A stretch of 64,000 nt of DNA from Patescibacteria group bacterium (lineage in GTDB: Bacteria > Patescibacteriota > Minisyncoccia > Moranbacterales > UBA2206): NCBI GenBank assembly GCA_022711335.1, contig JAKLFF010000001.1:405754-469753 (forward strand). Direction: 5' to 3'. Shown here piece by piece: positions 52,127 through 60,791 of the stretch. Each line of letters starts with the position of its first letter. The first letter of the stretch is position 1. The notes below the pieces were generated by a model. It searched no databases. It was not told the origin of the DNA and worked only from the letters and a program-made list of their open reading frames with translations. The translations under genes were made by a program, and so were the position numbers.

Positions 52127-54794
52127 TTTTATTTAAATTAGGAAAAAACGACAGAAGCACTTTGGAAAAAACGAGCATAAAAAAAGCTGTCAGAACCATT
52201 CGGATGAGGAGAATAATATATTCCGGAGCAGCCGAATACATAGAAGCCATAATTTTTTTTGGCGTATTTTTACCGGCGCTCTGAATATCAGATATTGACC
52301 CGACAAAACTGATTTGGACATTTGTTCCGATTTTCTTTTCATAAAATTCATTTATAGGCACGCCCCAATATTTAGAAAGAGCTCTTTTGGTGTTTTTGTC
52401 TTGAGTGTAAACTAGGCCTACGCCAACGCTATATGACTCACTGATTGCTTTTTCAGAAAGCGTTATTGTTCCGTCGCTGGATATTGAATATCCATAGCTG
52501 GAAGCGTTGTTTGTGTTGATTTCATATCCGTCAACATACCAGGAATAATCGCTGGCTGCCGGAGAAATTCCATAAAATTCAGCTTTTAACTTTATAGGTG
52601 TCTCAGAAAGAGCCGAAAAATTTGTCTGGCTATAATCCGGCCAATACTTTCCGTCAAGATCGATATAATATCCTAAAAGATTGGCATTGCAGACGGAAGT
52701 GTCGCCTGAAATTATTTTAACTTCCGGATCAGCCACTTCGAATGTCCTTACGAGATTTATTTTTTCTCCTTTGCTGTTTGTTGCAGAAACTTCTACGGTA
52801 TAACGGTGCCCGTTTTCTTCCAGGATCGGCAGATAAGCAGTTGATCCAACTTCCGAACTTCCAATGGGAACCAGAGCCTTTCCGTCGGCCGTCCAAATAA
52901 AATCAGTGAAATCCGACTTATTTATAGAAAGAGCTACTAGTTCATTCTTGGAGACATAACAAATGGCGTCTATTTCTCCATTGGTAACGCATAACTCTTT
53001 ACTTTTCGGGCTTAGCGATAGGTCAGAAGAAACGCTTGTTCCATAGGCCTTTATTCGTTGAGTTATATTTGAAACAGGAATAATAATTTCAGCGTAGCCT
53101 TTTCTTAGCGTGGAAGACGCTGAAATTCCTTCAGAAAGAGTAAGTTTTACGCGCAGATATTTTTTAAGATTGGGAATGTTGAGCCTTAATTTGAGAGAAT
53201 TAAGATTAAGTCCGGACAGTTGGATATTTTCAGGGAGGCGCGACTTTACGATTCTATCCCACGAATCAGGGTTGGGAGCATCGCTTTCAAATAATTCCCA
53301 GGTGTATTTGAGATAATCTTCACTTTGGGCGTTGGTTATGGACGATTGGACAGAAAGTTCGTCACCATCTTTATTATCAGGATCGTTCATGGGAAATTCA
53401 GGAGTATAGGAGAGTGATATATCCATTTTTTCCTTAGCGCCTCCTCCTTCAGAGGGATCAAAAAAATTTCCATAAAGGCAGCTATTTATGTCAGAAGCCT
53501 TTTTTATTTCAGAAAGAGAAACTCCCTGCTCATCCAAATTGACAATATCATCGAATCCGGTACAAGTTATCCCGTTGTATTGGCCAAGATAATTGGGCCC
53601 ATTAGGACAAGTGGTTGTTTGAGCATAGGCGGCGCCGGCAGTTTCTTCATAGTTTCCGTCACAATTGCTGTCTTCAATATCTGTTTTATGGGTTGTCGTT
53701 CTTATGGTTGCGATGTTTGCTACTTGAGATATCATTGTTTTTTCTGTGGTAGTGGTTGTTTGCACCGTGGCCGAACTTCCATCCGGACAGGTGCTTCCTG
53801 TCCCGACACTTACAGATTTAGATGTGCTGGTATCGGGATAGTCTTCAATATCCGTATCTCCCAAACTGCACTTGTTGTTTACTAGAGCCCACATTATTTT
53901 AAATGAAGAATCTGATTCTTGGGTCGGCTCAATGGAAATTCCTTCAATAACAACTCCAATTTCATCTCCTTCCTGATAATTCCAGGAAAAAGTATTCATT
54001 CCTAAGCCGACAACATTAGCCTCGTCGCCATTGCCTGTGTCTGCCGTATCAGGATCTTTAGGATCAGTGCGAAAAAATTCTTCTTCTCCCGAGCCGTATG
54101 AATCATCTCCAGCCTCAAAATCATGGCCTGGAGCCTCGGCAAAAAGATGTTTATTGCAGGAAATTTCATATTCATCCCCAGTGTCAACGTCGTGAATAAA
54201 ACAATGATCGCCAGTTTTTGTTCCTTTTTCTTTTTGATCATCGCCTCCCCAGATAGCCTTATATTCTTTTCCTCCGCCAGAATTATAATTTGCTTCAGCC
54301 CATTCAAAGCCATCTCCGGCAAGAATTCTTGCTGCTTTCACTTTATAGTCATTTATGTCGATTTCTCCATTTCCATCAAAGTCGCATTTTTCTTTTTGTG
54401 TTCCGGATGGAGAAGTATTTTTCTCATCTGGGCATTCGTCTGGTTTCAAATACCAGGTGAAATAAAGATTTTCAGCGGTATTTAGAAAATAGGTCGGAGT
54501 GGCGACTGCGCTGACTTTTTTTCCGGAAACGGGATTTTCAGGATTTAGGGAGATTTCAACCTGGGGCTGCTGTTTTTTTCTTCGGGAGACATTAGCGGTT
54601 TGAATTGTGTATCTAAGTTCGCTTTGATCGACTCCCATTTTGTCAAAAGCCTGATCCATAGCGGTTCCGACAACGTCTCCGGCTATGCCGCTTAAATCAA
54701 ACCAGTCTGCCTGTGCTCGGGGAGCCAAAAAAAAGGCAAAACAATCAGCGATGGCAAATGCAATCAATAATAATTTTTTAATTCTATTGTTCAT
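52116..54794 (-). CDS. Large secreted surface protein with C-terminal membrane anchor (T4SS-operon component, function unknown)
   Basis: 892 aa: signal peptide, a long hydrophilic Thr/Ser/Asp-rich ectodomain, and a DFDGNGEIDINDY calcium-binding-like loop. The C-terminal hydrophobic helix is YIILLIRMVLTAFFMLVFSKVLLSFF. Confidence 0.5.
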   Translation of the reverse strand: MNNRIKKLLLIAFAIADCFAFFLAPRAQADWFDLSGIAGDVVGTAMDQAFDKMGVDQSELRYTIQTANVSRRKKQQPQVEISLNPENPVSGKKVSAVATPTYFLNTAENLYFTWYLKPDECPDEKNTSPSGTQKEKCDFDGNGEIDINDYKVKAARILAGDGFEWAEANYNSGGGKEYKAIWGGDDQKEKGTKTGDHCFIHDVDTGDEYEISCNKHLFAEAPGHDFEAGDDSYGSGEEEFFRTDPKDPDTADTGNGDEANVVGLGMNTFSWNYQEGDEIGVVIEGISIEPTQESDSSFKIMWALVNNKCSLGDTDIEDYPDTSTSKSVSVGTGSTCPDGSSATVQTTTTTEKTMISQVANIATIRTTTHKTDIEDSNCDGNYEETAGAAYAQTTTCPNGPNYLGQYNGITCTGFDDIVNLDEQGVSLSEIKKASDINSCLYGNFFDPSEGGGAKEKMDISLSYTPEFPMNDPDNKDGDELSVQSSITNAQSEDYLKYTWELFESDAPNPDSWDRIVKSRLPENIQLSGLNLNSLKLRLNIPNLKKYLRVKLTLSEGISASSTLRKGYAEIIIPVSNITQRIKAYGTSVSSDLSLSPKSKELCVTNGEIDAICYVSKNELVALSINKSDFTDFIWTADGKALVPIGSSEVGSTAYLPILEENGHRYTVEVSATNSKGEKINLVRTFEVADPEVKIISGDTSVCNANLLGYYIDLDGKYWPDYSQTNFSALSETPIKLKAEFYGISPAASDYSWYVDGYEINTNNASSYGYSISSDGTITLSEKAISESYSVGVGLVYTQDKNTKRALSKYWGVPINEFYEKKIGTNVQISFVGSISDIQSAGKNTPKKIMASMYSAAPEYIILLIRMVLTAFFMLVFSKVLLSFFPNLNKNEY

Positions 54795-55465
54795 CTGTTT
54801 ATGCCGTATATTATATAACTGTTTACAATTATTATAAACAGCAGGCCCGAAAGATAAGGAAAAATAAACGATTTACTTTTGTAGGCCAAAAAGCCATTGG
54901 TAACCGAGAGAGCAATCGGCGCGGAAAATTGCCAGAAAAAACCGTTGCTTAAGGAGGAAAACAGGATAAATACTGCTGCCTGAATCAGAATTGACCAATG
55001 TCCGAATTTTTTGGAGAGCGCGGACAACATGAATCCTCGATAGAAAAATTCCTGGGAAAACAGCAATATATTCATAAGAAGCAGCTCATAAAGGACAAAA
55101 AATGAAAACTGGCCTATCGTATTGCTTGGCAAAGCGTATCTTTTTTGCAGCGAGGTGTAGCTGAACAGAAAATAATAAAAAATAATCAGGCTTATGAATA
55201 AAATAGCTCCGAACAGCATGCCCGTCTTCTTGTCTTTTATGTTCAATCCAAAATCCGAAAGATTTTTTTTGAGAACTATTTTTATATAGAGTGTTGGAAG
55301 TACAACTAGAAAAAAAATATTTCTAATGATGAGCTGAATAAGGCTGCCATTGTCAACCGGGAAAATGACAGACAAAATAAGGCAGGAAAAAAGCAAAAAC
55401 AAATCTATTAGCAATTCTCTATTTTCGCAGCATTTCTTGTTAAGGGGTATTGTAAAAAACGCCAT
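54791..55465 (-). CDS. CPBP (CAAX-protease/Abi)-like polytopic membrane protein, possibly degenerate
   Basis: Polytopic. SQEFFYRGF resembles CPBP motif 1 (EExxxR) with Q for E, followed by KFGHW.... The other motifs are not clearly conserved. Confidence 0.35.
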   Translation of the reverse strand: MAFFTIPLNKKCCENRELLIDLFLLFSCLILSVIFPVDNGSLIQLIIRNIFFLVVLPTLYIKIVLKKNLSDFGLNIKDKKTGMLFGAILFISLIIFYYFLFSYTSLQKRYALPSNTIGQFSFFVLYELLLMNILLFSQEFFYRGFMLSALSKKFGHWSILIQAAVFILFSSLSNGFFWQFSAPIALSVTNGFLAYKSKSFIFPYLSGLLFIIIVNSYIIYGINR

Positions 55466-55517
55466 TGTTTAATTTATTTAGAATGTTACCAGACAAATGA
55501 AGGAATGCCGCCTTGAT

Positions 55518-56000
55518 TCATGCCGGGAGAAATTCCCCTCCGCCCATCTTCTCCAATATTTTTGCATCATTTTCAATCTTTCTTTTGGATCGCATGTATG
55601 CATACACAACGCACGCAGTGCTAAGCGGGAGTATGCTGATGAAAGGAAAAAAATCTATCAATAAGCAAATATAATAAACAGCCCTTATTCTCCAGCTTCC
55701 TTTTCCCCATAGAAAAAGAAACAAAAGTGGCCTGAAAAACAGAGAAACGATCCATCCGGCAATCGGTATCATATCCATGCAATCGCAGGAGATCGCAACC
55801 GCAAGAACAATGAGCCAGGGCGCTTTTTTGTGATTTTCAGCATCTTTTCTTAGTTCTCCGGCAAGCCTTATGGCTTCAATTGGAGCCATAAAAGCCGGTC
55901 TTTTTAGCGTTCGAGACAGTGATCGGTAAGATTTTTCATAGGAATTATTCCTGGCCTTTTCCAGATTATTTTTATATTGATGTTTTTGGTATATATCCAT
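55518..56000 (-). CDS. Hypothetical membrane protein immediately downstream of virB4
   Basis: 160 aa: a charged N-terminal region followed by 2-3 TM helices. Confidence 0.35.
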   Translation of the reverse strand: MDIYQKHQYKNNLEKARNNSYEKSYRSLSRTLKRPAFMAPIEAIRLAGELRKDAENHKKAPWLIVLAVAISCDCMDMIPIAGWIVSLFFRPLLFLFLWGKGSWRIRAVYYICLLIDFFPFISILPLSTACVVYAYMRSKRKIENDAKILEKMGGGEFLPA

Positions 56001-56005
56001 TGATT

Positions 56006-57823
56006 TTATTCATTTTCCAATTCTTTTTTGGCTTCCTCAATTTCCAAAAGCTGCGCCGGATCGGTGGTGATTATCTGGTCTTCTGAATAGGAAGCAATGA
56101 TTTTTATCGCGACATGCCTGGTTCCGGCAAAAAATATGCCCTCTCCCACATTGGATTCCAAAAGCAAGAATTTTTCCTGATCAGTAAGATAAAAAGTTTC
56201 GCTGATAACATCAATTCCAGCAGGAGATTGTTTGAGAAGCAGTTGAATGGATGAGTTGGTAACAATGGCTTTCCCGTACCTTGAAGCTAAAAAGTCATTG
56301 ACATCCTGGGTAATAGTTGTAAACCCTGTATAATATTTCCGGCATCTTTTGGCGATTCCGAACATAAAAGAAGCCGCATCTTCATATTTCATCATAACCC
56401 AGGCTTCATCAACAAGAACCAGCCTTTTTTTGAGATTGCTTCTCATTTCATTCCAGATAAACTGAAGCACGGTGTACATGGCCACTGGGCGGAGGTCTTC
56501 TTCCATGTCCCGGATGTTAAAAACAAACATCTGATTGTCAACTTTTACATTGGTTGTATGGTTTAAAAATCCGGAAAAAATTCCTTCCGTATATTTTTCC
56601 AGCCTTATCGCCAGCAATTCCCCGCCTTCCATATTGCGAAGAACCTGGTAAAGATCTGACATGGTTGGAAAAGATTCTTTTGAAAGCGCGTTAAAATTGG
56701 TTTGAGCCGTAATATCCCGAACTTCATAGGTTTCGCGCACAGCTCGGTCCAGAATAGAATCTTCTTCAGGTGTGATATTTCCAAGCATAATATGAAGAAG
56801 TCCGAGGATGTTGGCAATATTATTTCTCAAAATATCCTCCGGATCTTCGTCCTCTTTTATGTGTGGAAGATCAAACGGATTGATATGGTTTTCAGAACTT
56901 AAGGATATTTTTACAAACGTTCCTCCGACAGTTTCGCAAAGATGCTTGTATTCATTTTCTGGATCAATGACAATTATTTCTGTTTCCAACATCATTGAGC
57001 GGAGAATTTCCAGTTTTACCGCATAGCTTTTTCCAGCGCCAGATTTGGCAAAGACCACCATATTGGCATTTTCCATCTGAAAGCGGTCAAAGATGACCAG
57101 GCTGTTGTTGTGGCGGTTGATTCCGTAAAGAATTCCGTTGTTATCCGAAAGATTTGAGGAAACAAAAGGAAAGGTTGTGGAAAGCGGAGCGCTGTTCATG
57201 CTGGTTCCTGTATCCAGTTCATCATTAGCCAGGGGAAGCGACGAGTTGAATCCTTGTTCAGATTTGAAAACGGCCGGCTTGACGTAGACTAATTGCGCTT
57301 CAAGGATAGATTCAATGTTTTTGGCTGCCTCGCTGACTTCTTTTTCTGTTTCTCCATAAACAGTTATATATAGGCCGAAGCGGAAGAATTTTTCGGTTCC
57401 CTGCTGAAGCTTGTCACGCAATTCCTCAATGTCCTGAATAGCAGTTTCGAGGGCTGGATCGCGAATGAGGCCCTTTTCTTGCTCCATATGCGCTCTTGAT
57501 TGAACTTGAGTGGCGCTTTTTTTGAGGGTTTTCAAAACATCATAAGTTTCGATGGGATGGACAAACATGGAAATATCAATCGGCATGTCGATGTTTATAA
57601 TCGGAGAAAACCAATTGCTTTGGAGATAGCGGGGATAAGCAATGACAAAAATAGTCTGAGCCAGAGTTTCTCCGACGCGAATGCTTCTGGGATTTATCTT
57701 TATGGCGGCTGGGGCAATCAAATCATTGAGGCGCGCCACTCCCTCCTGGTAATATTTCTCCGATTCCAAAATTTCGTCTTTTCTTGTTTCGATGCCGCTT
57801 GTTTTTTTGAATGGGTTAAGCAT
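56006..57823 (-). CDS. Type IV secretion VirB4/TraC-family ATPase
   Basis: Walker A VVFAKSGAGKS, Walker B RLVLVDEAWVMM, and a C-terminal ...ITQDVNDF...LLLKQ region. The N-terminal region (IKINPRSIRVGETLAQTIFVIAYPRYLQSNWFSPIINIDMPIDISMFVHPI) is characteristic of VirB4. Confidence 0.85.
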   Translation of the reverse strand: MLNPFKKTSGIETRKDEILESEKYYQEGVARLNDLIAPAAIKINPRSIRVGETLAQTIFVIAYPRYLQSNWFSPIINIDMPIDISMFVHPIETYDVLKTLKKSATQVQSRAHMEQEKGLIRDPALETAIQDIEELRDKLQQGTEKFFRFGLYITVYGETEKEVSEAAKNIESILEAQLVYVKPAVFKSEQGFNSSLPLANDELDTGTSMNSAPLSTTFPFVSSNLSDNNGILYGINRHNNSLVIFDRFQMENANMVVFAKSGAGKSYAVKLEILRSMMLETEIIVIDPENEYKHLCETVGGTFVKISLSSENHINPFDLPHIKEDEDPEDILRNNIANILGLLHIMLGNITPEEDSILDRAVRETYEVRDITAQTNFNALSKESFPTMSDLYQVLRNMEGGELLAIRLEKYTEGIFSGFLNHTTNVKVDNQMFVFNIRDMEEDLRPVAMYTVLQFIWNEMRSNLKKRLVLVDEAWVMMKYEDAASFMFGIAKRCRKYYTGFTTITQDVNDFLASRYGKAIVTNSSIQLLLKQSPAGIDVISETFYLTDQEKFLLLESNVGEGIFFAGTRHVAIKIIASYSEDQIITTDPAQLLEIEEAKKELENE

Positions 57824-57919
57824 TGATATGCTGTTATCCTTTGTTCAGATCCAAGTCTGAACTAAGGATCTATAATGTATTATTTGTAGTTTTGTTTGTA
57901 TAATATAATTCCAGCTAAT

Positions 57920-57992
57920 TTTTTGCAGATCCCTGCCTGCCGACAGGCAGGCTTCGCGTTGATTTCGCGATCAACGTTCAGGATGGCGCCGT
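57920..57992. repeat. Two adjacent hairpins in the spacer between the two VirB4-related ORFs
   Basis: CCCTGCCTGCCGACAGGCAGG (the same hairpin family as 27291-27312 downstream of PBP1A) followed by CGCGTTGATTTCGCGATCAACG. Confidence 0.5.
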
Positions 57993-58002
57993 TTTAAGAG
58001 TG

Positions 58003-58689
58003 TTAATTTAGTTCCAATTTGCCGCTGTCAGCAAGGCCGACTGAATTATAAACGCTGGGATTGTATGAATTGAACAATAACTCAATTATTTCCTGGGTTT
58101 TGAGCGGAACGATCCGAACCCCGATTCCAGAAAGAGCGGCAGTTACATGGTCTACTCTTTGAAAAAGCTGGCTTTTGTAAGTTTCAAAATTTTCTCTTTT
58201 TTCCAGGATATTTTTTCTGGGATTAATCAGGCTTCCGATGTTCGAAAAAAATCCTTTTTCTTGATTTTCAATCGGAGAAAAGGGAATGATAATATAGAAA
58301 TTTTTGTCCATTATATTGGATGAGGATGTCAACTGGCTGATGAAATTTTTATATTCGGAAATTTGAAACCTCAAAAGCTCATTGGGCTGCTGCTTTTCAT
58401 GCTGGGAAAGAAAATCCAGATAGTTTTCCATATTCAATTTTCGCGAACTTATGAGAATTTGAAGGGGAAAATCTATGGAATTGAGAAAATTTTGGTATTG
58501 GCTGACAATTGCTTCCTGCTCGTCGGTAGATTTTAGCTCAAAATTGATTGCAGAGACAGCCAAAACTGCCCGAAGCGCTCCGTTTTTTAGAACAATAACG
58601 TCTTCCCTGATCTCTGCGACATCCAGATATTTTTGGGTAGCGGCAGTGGAAGTTTCAGCCGTTATTTTTTTTGAGTGTAATATTTCCAT
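58003..58689 (-). CDS. VirB4 N-terminal-domain-like protein (probable detached first part of VirB4)
   Basis: Hydrophilic 228 aa. VAEIREDVIVLKNGALRAVLAVSAINFELKSTDEQEAIVSQYQNFLNSIDFPLQILISSRK matches the conserved start of the CagE/TrbE/VirB4 N-terminal domain (...l.dGs...v..v.g..f.l.s.eeq......f..fLn.l....qi...s.r). 228 + 605 aa is about the length of a full-size VirB4. Assigned from memory of family patterns. Confidence 0.4.
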   Translation of the reverse strand: MEILHSKKITAETSTAATQKYLDVAEIREDVIVLKNGALRAVLAVSAINFELKSTDEQEAIVSQYQNFLNSIDFPLQILISSRKLNMENYLDFLSQHEKQQPNELLRFQISEYKNFISQLTSSSNIMDKNFYIIIPFSPIENQEKGFFSNIGSLINPRKNILEKRENFETYKSQLFQRVDHVTAALSGIGVRIVPLKTQEIIELLFNSYNPSVYNSVGLADSGKLELN

Positions 58690-58693
58690 AAAT

Positions 58694-59086
58694 CTATTTT
58701 AAATCCAGTATTTTTGAAATTTCTTCTATTTTTTGGCTGTTTAATTCTTTTTTCTTTAGCGGTCTAGGCTTATTTTTGGCTGTTTTTCTGACTGGCACGT
58801 CATTTTCTGCAGCCCTTTTCCATATATACATACGAGGGCGGAAAATAAAAGAAATTGACGATCCGATAAAAGTAATCAGAGAGACGTTGTAAGGACGATA
58901 AAAAGCTAAGGCTCCGAAAATAATTCCTACGATTACGCAAGAAATGACAAAGGCGGACGTATCGAGCAGATTAAAAAGAACAAGAAGGACTACTCCTCCG
59001 AGCGCCAGCCAGCCCAGCTGCTTGGCAGTGAGCGGACCTACGATCTTGTCTTCGATGTCTATAAATTGTGGAACATTGAACAGCAT
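58694..59086 (-). CDS. PrgI-family (VirB3-like) small membrane protein
   Basis: 130 aa: FIDIEDKIVGPLTAKQLGWLALGGVVLLVLFNLL + a second TM, matching the PrgI/VirB3-like pattern (a charged motif, then 2 TM). It sits directly upstream of the VirB4-related ORFs. Confidence 0.55.
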   Translation of the reverse strand: MLFNVPQFIDIEDKIVGPLTAKQLGWLALGGVVLLVLFNLLDTSAFVISCVIVGIIFGALAFYRPYNVSLITFIGSSISFIFRPRMYIWKRAAENDVPVRKTAKNKPRPLKKKELNSQKIEEISKILDLK

Positions 59087-59188
59087 TTGTCATATAGCAT
59101 ATATCATACAACATATAACAAAAATTATAGTTGTTCTGATATGCGCTTTTTTAATTTTACCATACTTTAAATCCAAAGTCCCCTTTTT

Positions 59189-60790
59189 TTATTCCATTGT
59201 GGATGGAAAAATTCTGTACGGCTGAGCTTTGGGTTTTGGGGGAACTTCCGGCTGAATCGGTTCAATCGATTTTTGCTCTAATTTTTCTTTTTCCTGTTCA
59301 AACGGGAGCTTATGCGGAGAGGAAAACTGCATGCCTGATCCGGAAGCGCCTTCAGTTGGCGAATAATAGCCTCCAGCCAGCTTTTTTTGAGCCAGATGGT
59401 TGTTGGTCTGGAATAATTTTTTTTCTGTTTCATCCAGCGATTCCCGGAAGCTTCCAGTATTTGATCCTTTTATATTTTGGGAATAGCTGTGAGGTATGAA
59501 ATTATTTTCCGGCGAAAGCGACAGTTTTTCTTTTCGGATTGAATTAATATCTGTTTTAATCTGCTGTTTCTCCGCCAGTTCTTTCTGCGAATCAAAGGGA
59601 AATGCCTGGAATGATTTCTTCGTTTCGCTTGGCCTGTTTTCCATGGCCGGTTTATCGTATGGAGCAGAAGCAGGATTATTCGCTTCCCTTTCTTTCCGGC
59701 TTTGCTCGACTAGTTCCTTGATATTTAGAAGATTCTTTGGCTGTGGCACAGATGGAGCAATTGCCGGCTTCTCTCTTTTTTCTTCCTTCAAATTTACTAT
59801 GCGGGGAGCGTTAAATGTCGGCGGCGCTTCTTCTTCCCTTTTTTCTCCAAATCCGATGACTTTTTCAAAATCATCTCCCGGTTCCTTAGTTTTTGGCTGG
59901 TAGGCAGGTTTATTTTCCATAGGAAAGCCTTTTATTTCTCCAGAGCCTATTTGGGGATTGGGAATCGGAAATTTATCGGAAATTGCTTGAGCTTCTTGCT
60001 TTTTTTCCGGAGCATAAGCTGAAAACACAACTTGTTTCGTGTTAAGATCGACAGCCAGTGGCGTTTTTTCATCAAATGATTTTAAAATTTGCGACAATCT
60101 CTGCCGGTCTTCATATCCCAAATTTCTCGTATTTTCATTTTGAAAAAGATAGTTGCCTCTTTCAATGGAATCGTGGCTCTCATATCCGAGCCGGGCGGTA
60201 TAATCTGAAAGCCAATTTTTAATGGAGGGGCGGATGAGGTCATTGAAATTTTTTATCCTGATTTGCTGCGAGGTTATGGTCTGCTCACCAAGGCCGGGAT
60301 ATTTTTTCATTGCGTCGATAAGGCTCAGTTTTTCAGAAGCAGTTTGATGCTCTTGTGTTTTTTCCAAAGAGATATTTTGGCTGGATTTTTCTTCTTCCAA
60401 AATCCACGGCTCGATTTCCAAAACTTTTTTCCAGGCTTCATCTTCGGAAATAACCGGAGCGGATTTCATTTGCGACCACTTCTGAAGAAGCGCTTCGGAA
60501 TCTTTGAAATATTCAGGAAAGCGATTAAAAATCCGTTTGTTAATTTCATAAGCCAAGCCATAAATTTGAGGTTTTTCAAGATGCAAATTTTCCCAGATAA
60601 TATGCGGAAGATTCTCCAGTTTTATATCACCTACAAAAATCAAGCCAATGGGGCTGGAAATATTTTTAATAGATTCTTCGGGTATGCGAAAAGCAAAGCA
60701 AGATTTTTCAAGAGCTAATCTTGGTTCATTGGAAATGAAATATTCTTTTATATTTTCTGGAAGTTTTTCAACTTTCTCAATAAAATCCAT
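59189..60790 (-). CDS. Hypothetical hydrophilic protein of the T4SS-like operon
   Basis: 533 aa, no TM. The C-terminal half is low-complexity and P/E/K-rich. Function unknown. Confidence 0.4.
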   Translation of the reverse strand: MDFIEKVEKLPENIKEYFISNEPRLALEKSCFAFRIPEESIKNISSPIGLIFVGDIKLENLPHIIWENLHLEKPQIYGLAYEINKRIFNRFPEYFKDSEALLQKWSQMKSAPVISEDEAWKKVLEIEPWILEEEKSSQNISLEKTQEHQTASEKLSLIDAMKKYPGLGEQTITSQQIRIKNFNDLIRPSIKNWLSDYTARLGYESHDSIERGNYLFQNENTRNLGYEDRQRLSQILKSFDEKTPLAVDLNTKQVVFSAYAPEKKQEAQAISDKFPIPNPQIGSGEIKGFPMENKPAYQPKTKEPGDDFEKVIGFGEKREEEAPPTFNAPRIVNLKEEKREKPAIAPSVPQPKNLLNIKELVEQSRKEREANNPASAPYDKPAMENRPSETKKSFQAFPFDSQKELAEKQQIKTDINSIRKEKLSLSPENNFIPHSYSQNIKGSNTGSFRESLDETEKKLFQTNNHLAQKKLAGGYYSPTEGASGSGMQFSSPHKLPFEQEKEKLEQKSIEPIQPEVPPKPKAQPYRIFPSTME

Positions 60791-60791
60791 A

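Noticed and set aside
58003-58689. The 228-aa ORF as an independent VirB8/VirB5-type component
   Set aside because: It has no TM segment or signal peptide. Its N-terminal block resembles the start of the VirB4 N-domain better than any periplasmic T4SS component, so it is treated as a detached VirB4 part, at low confidence.
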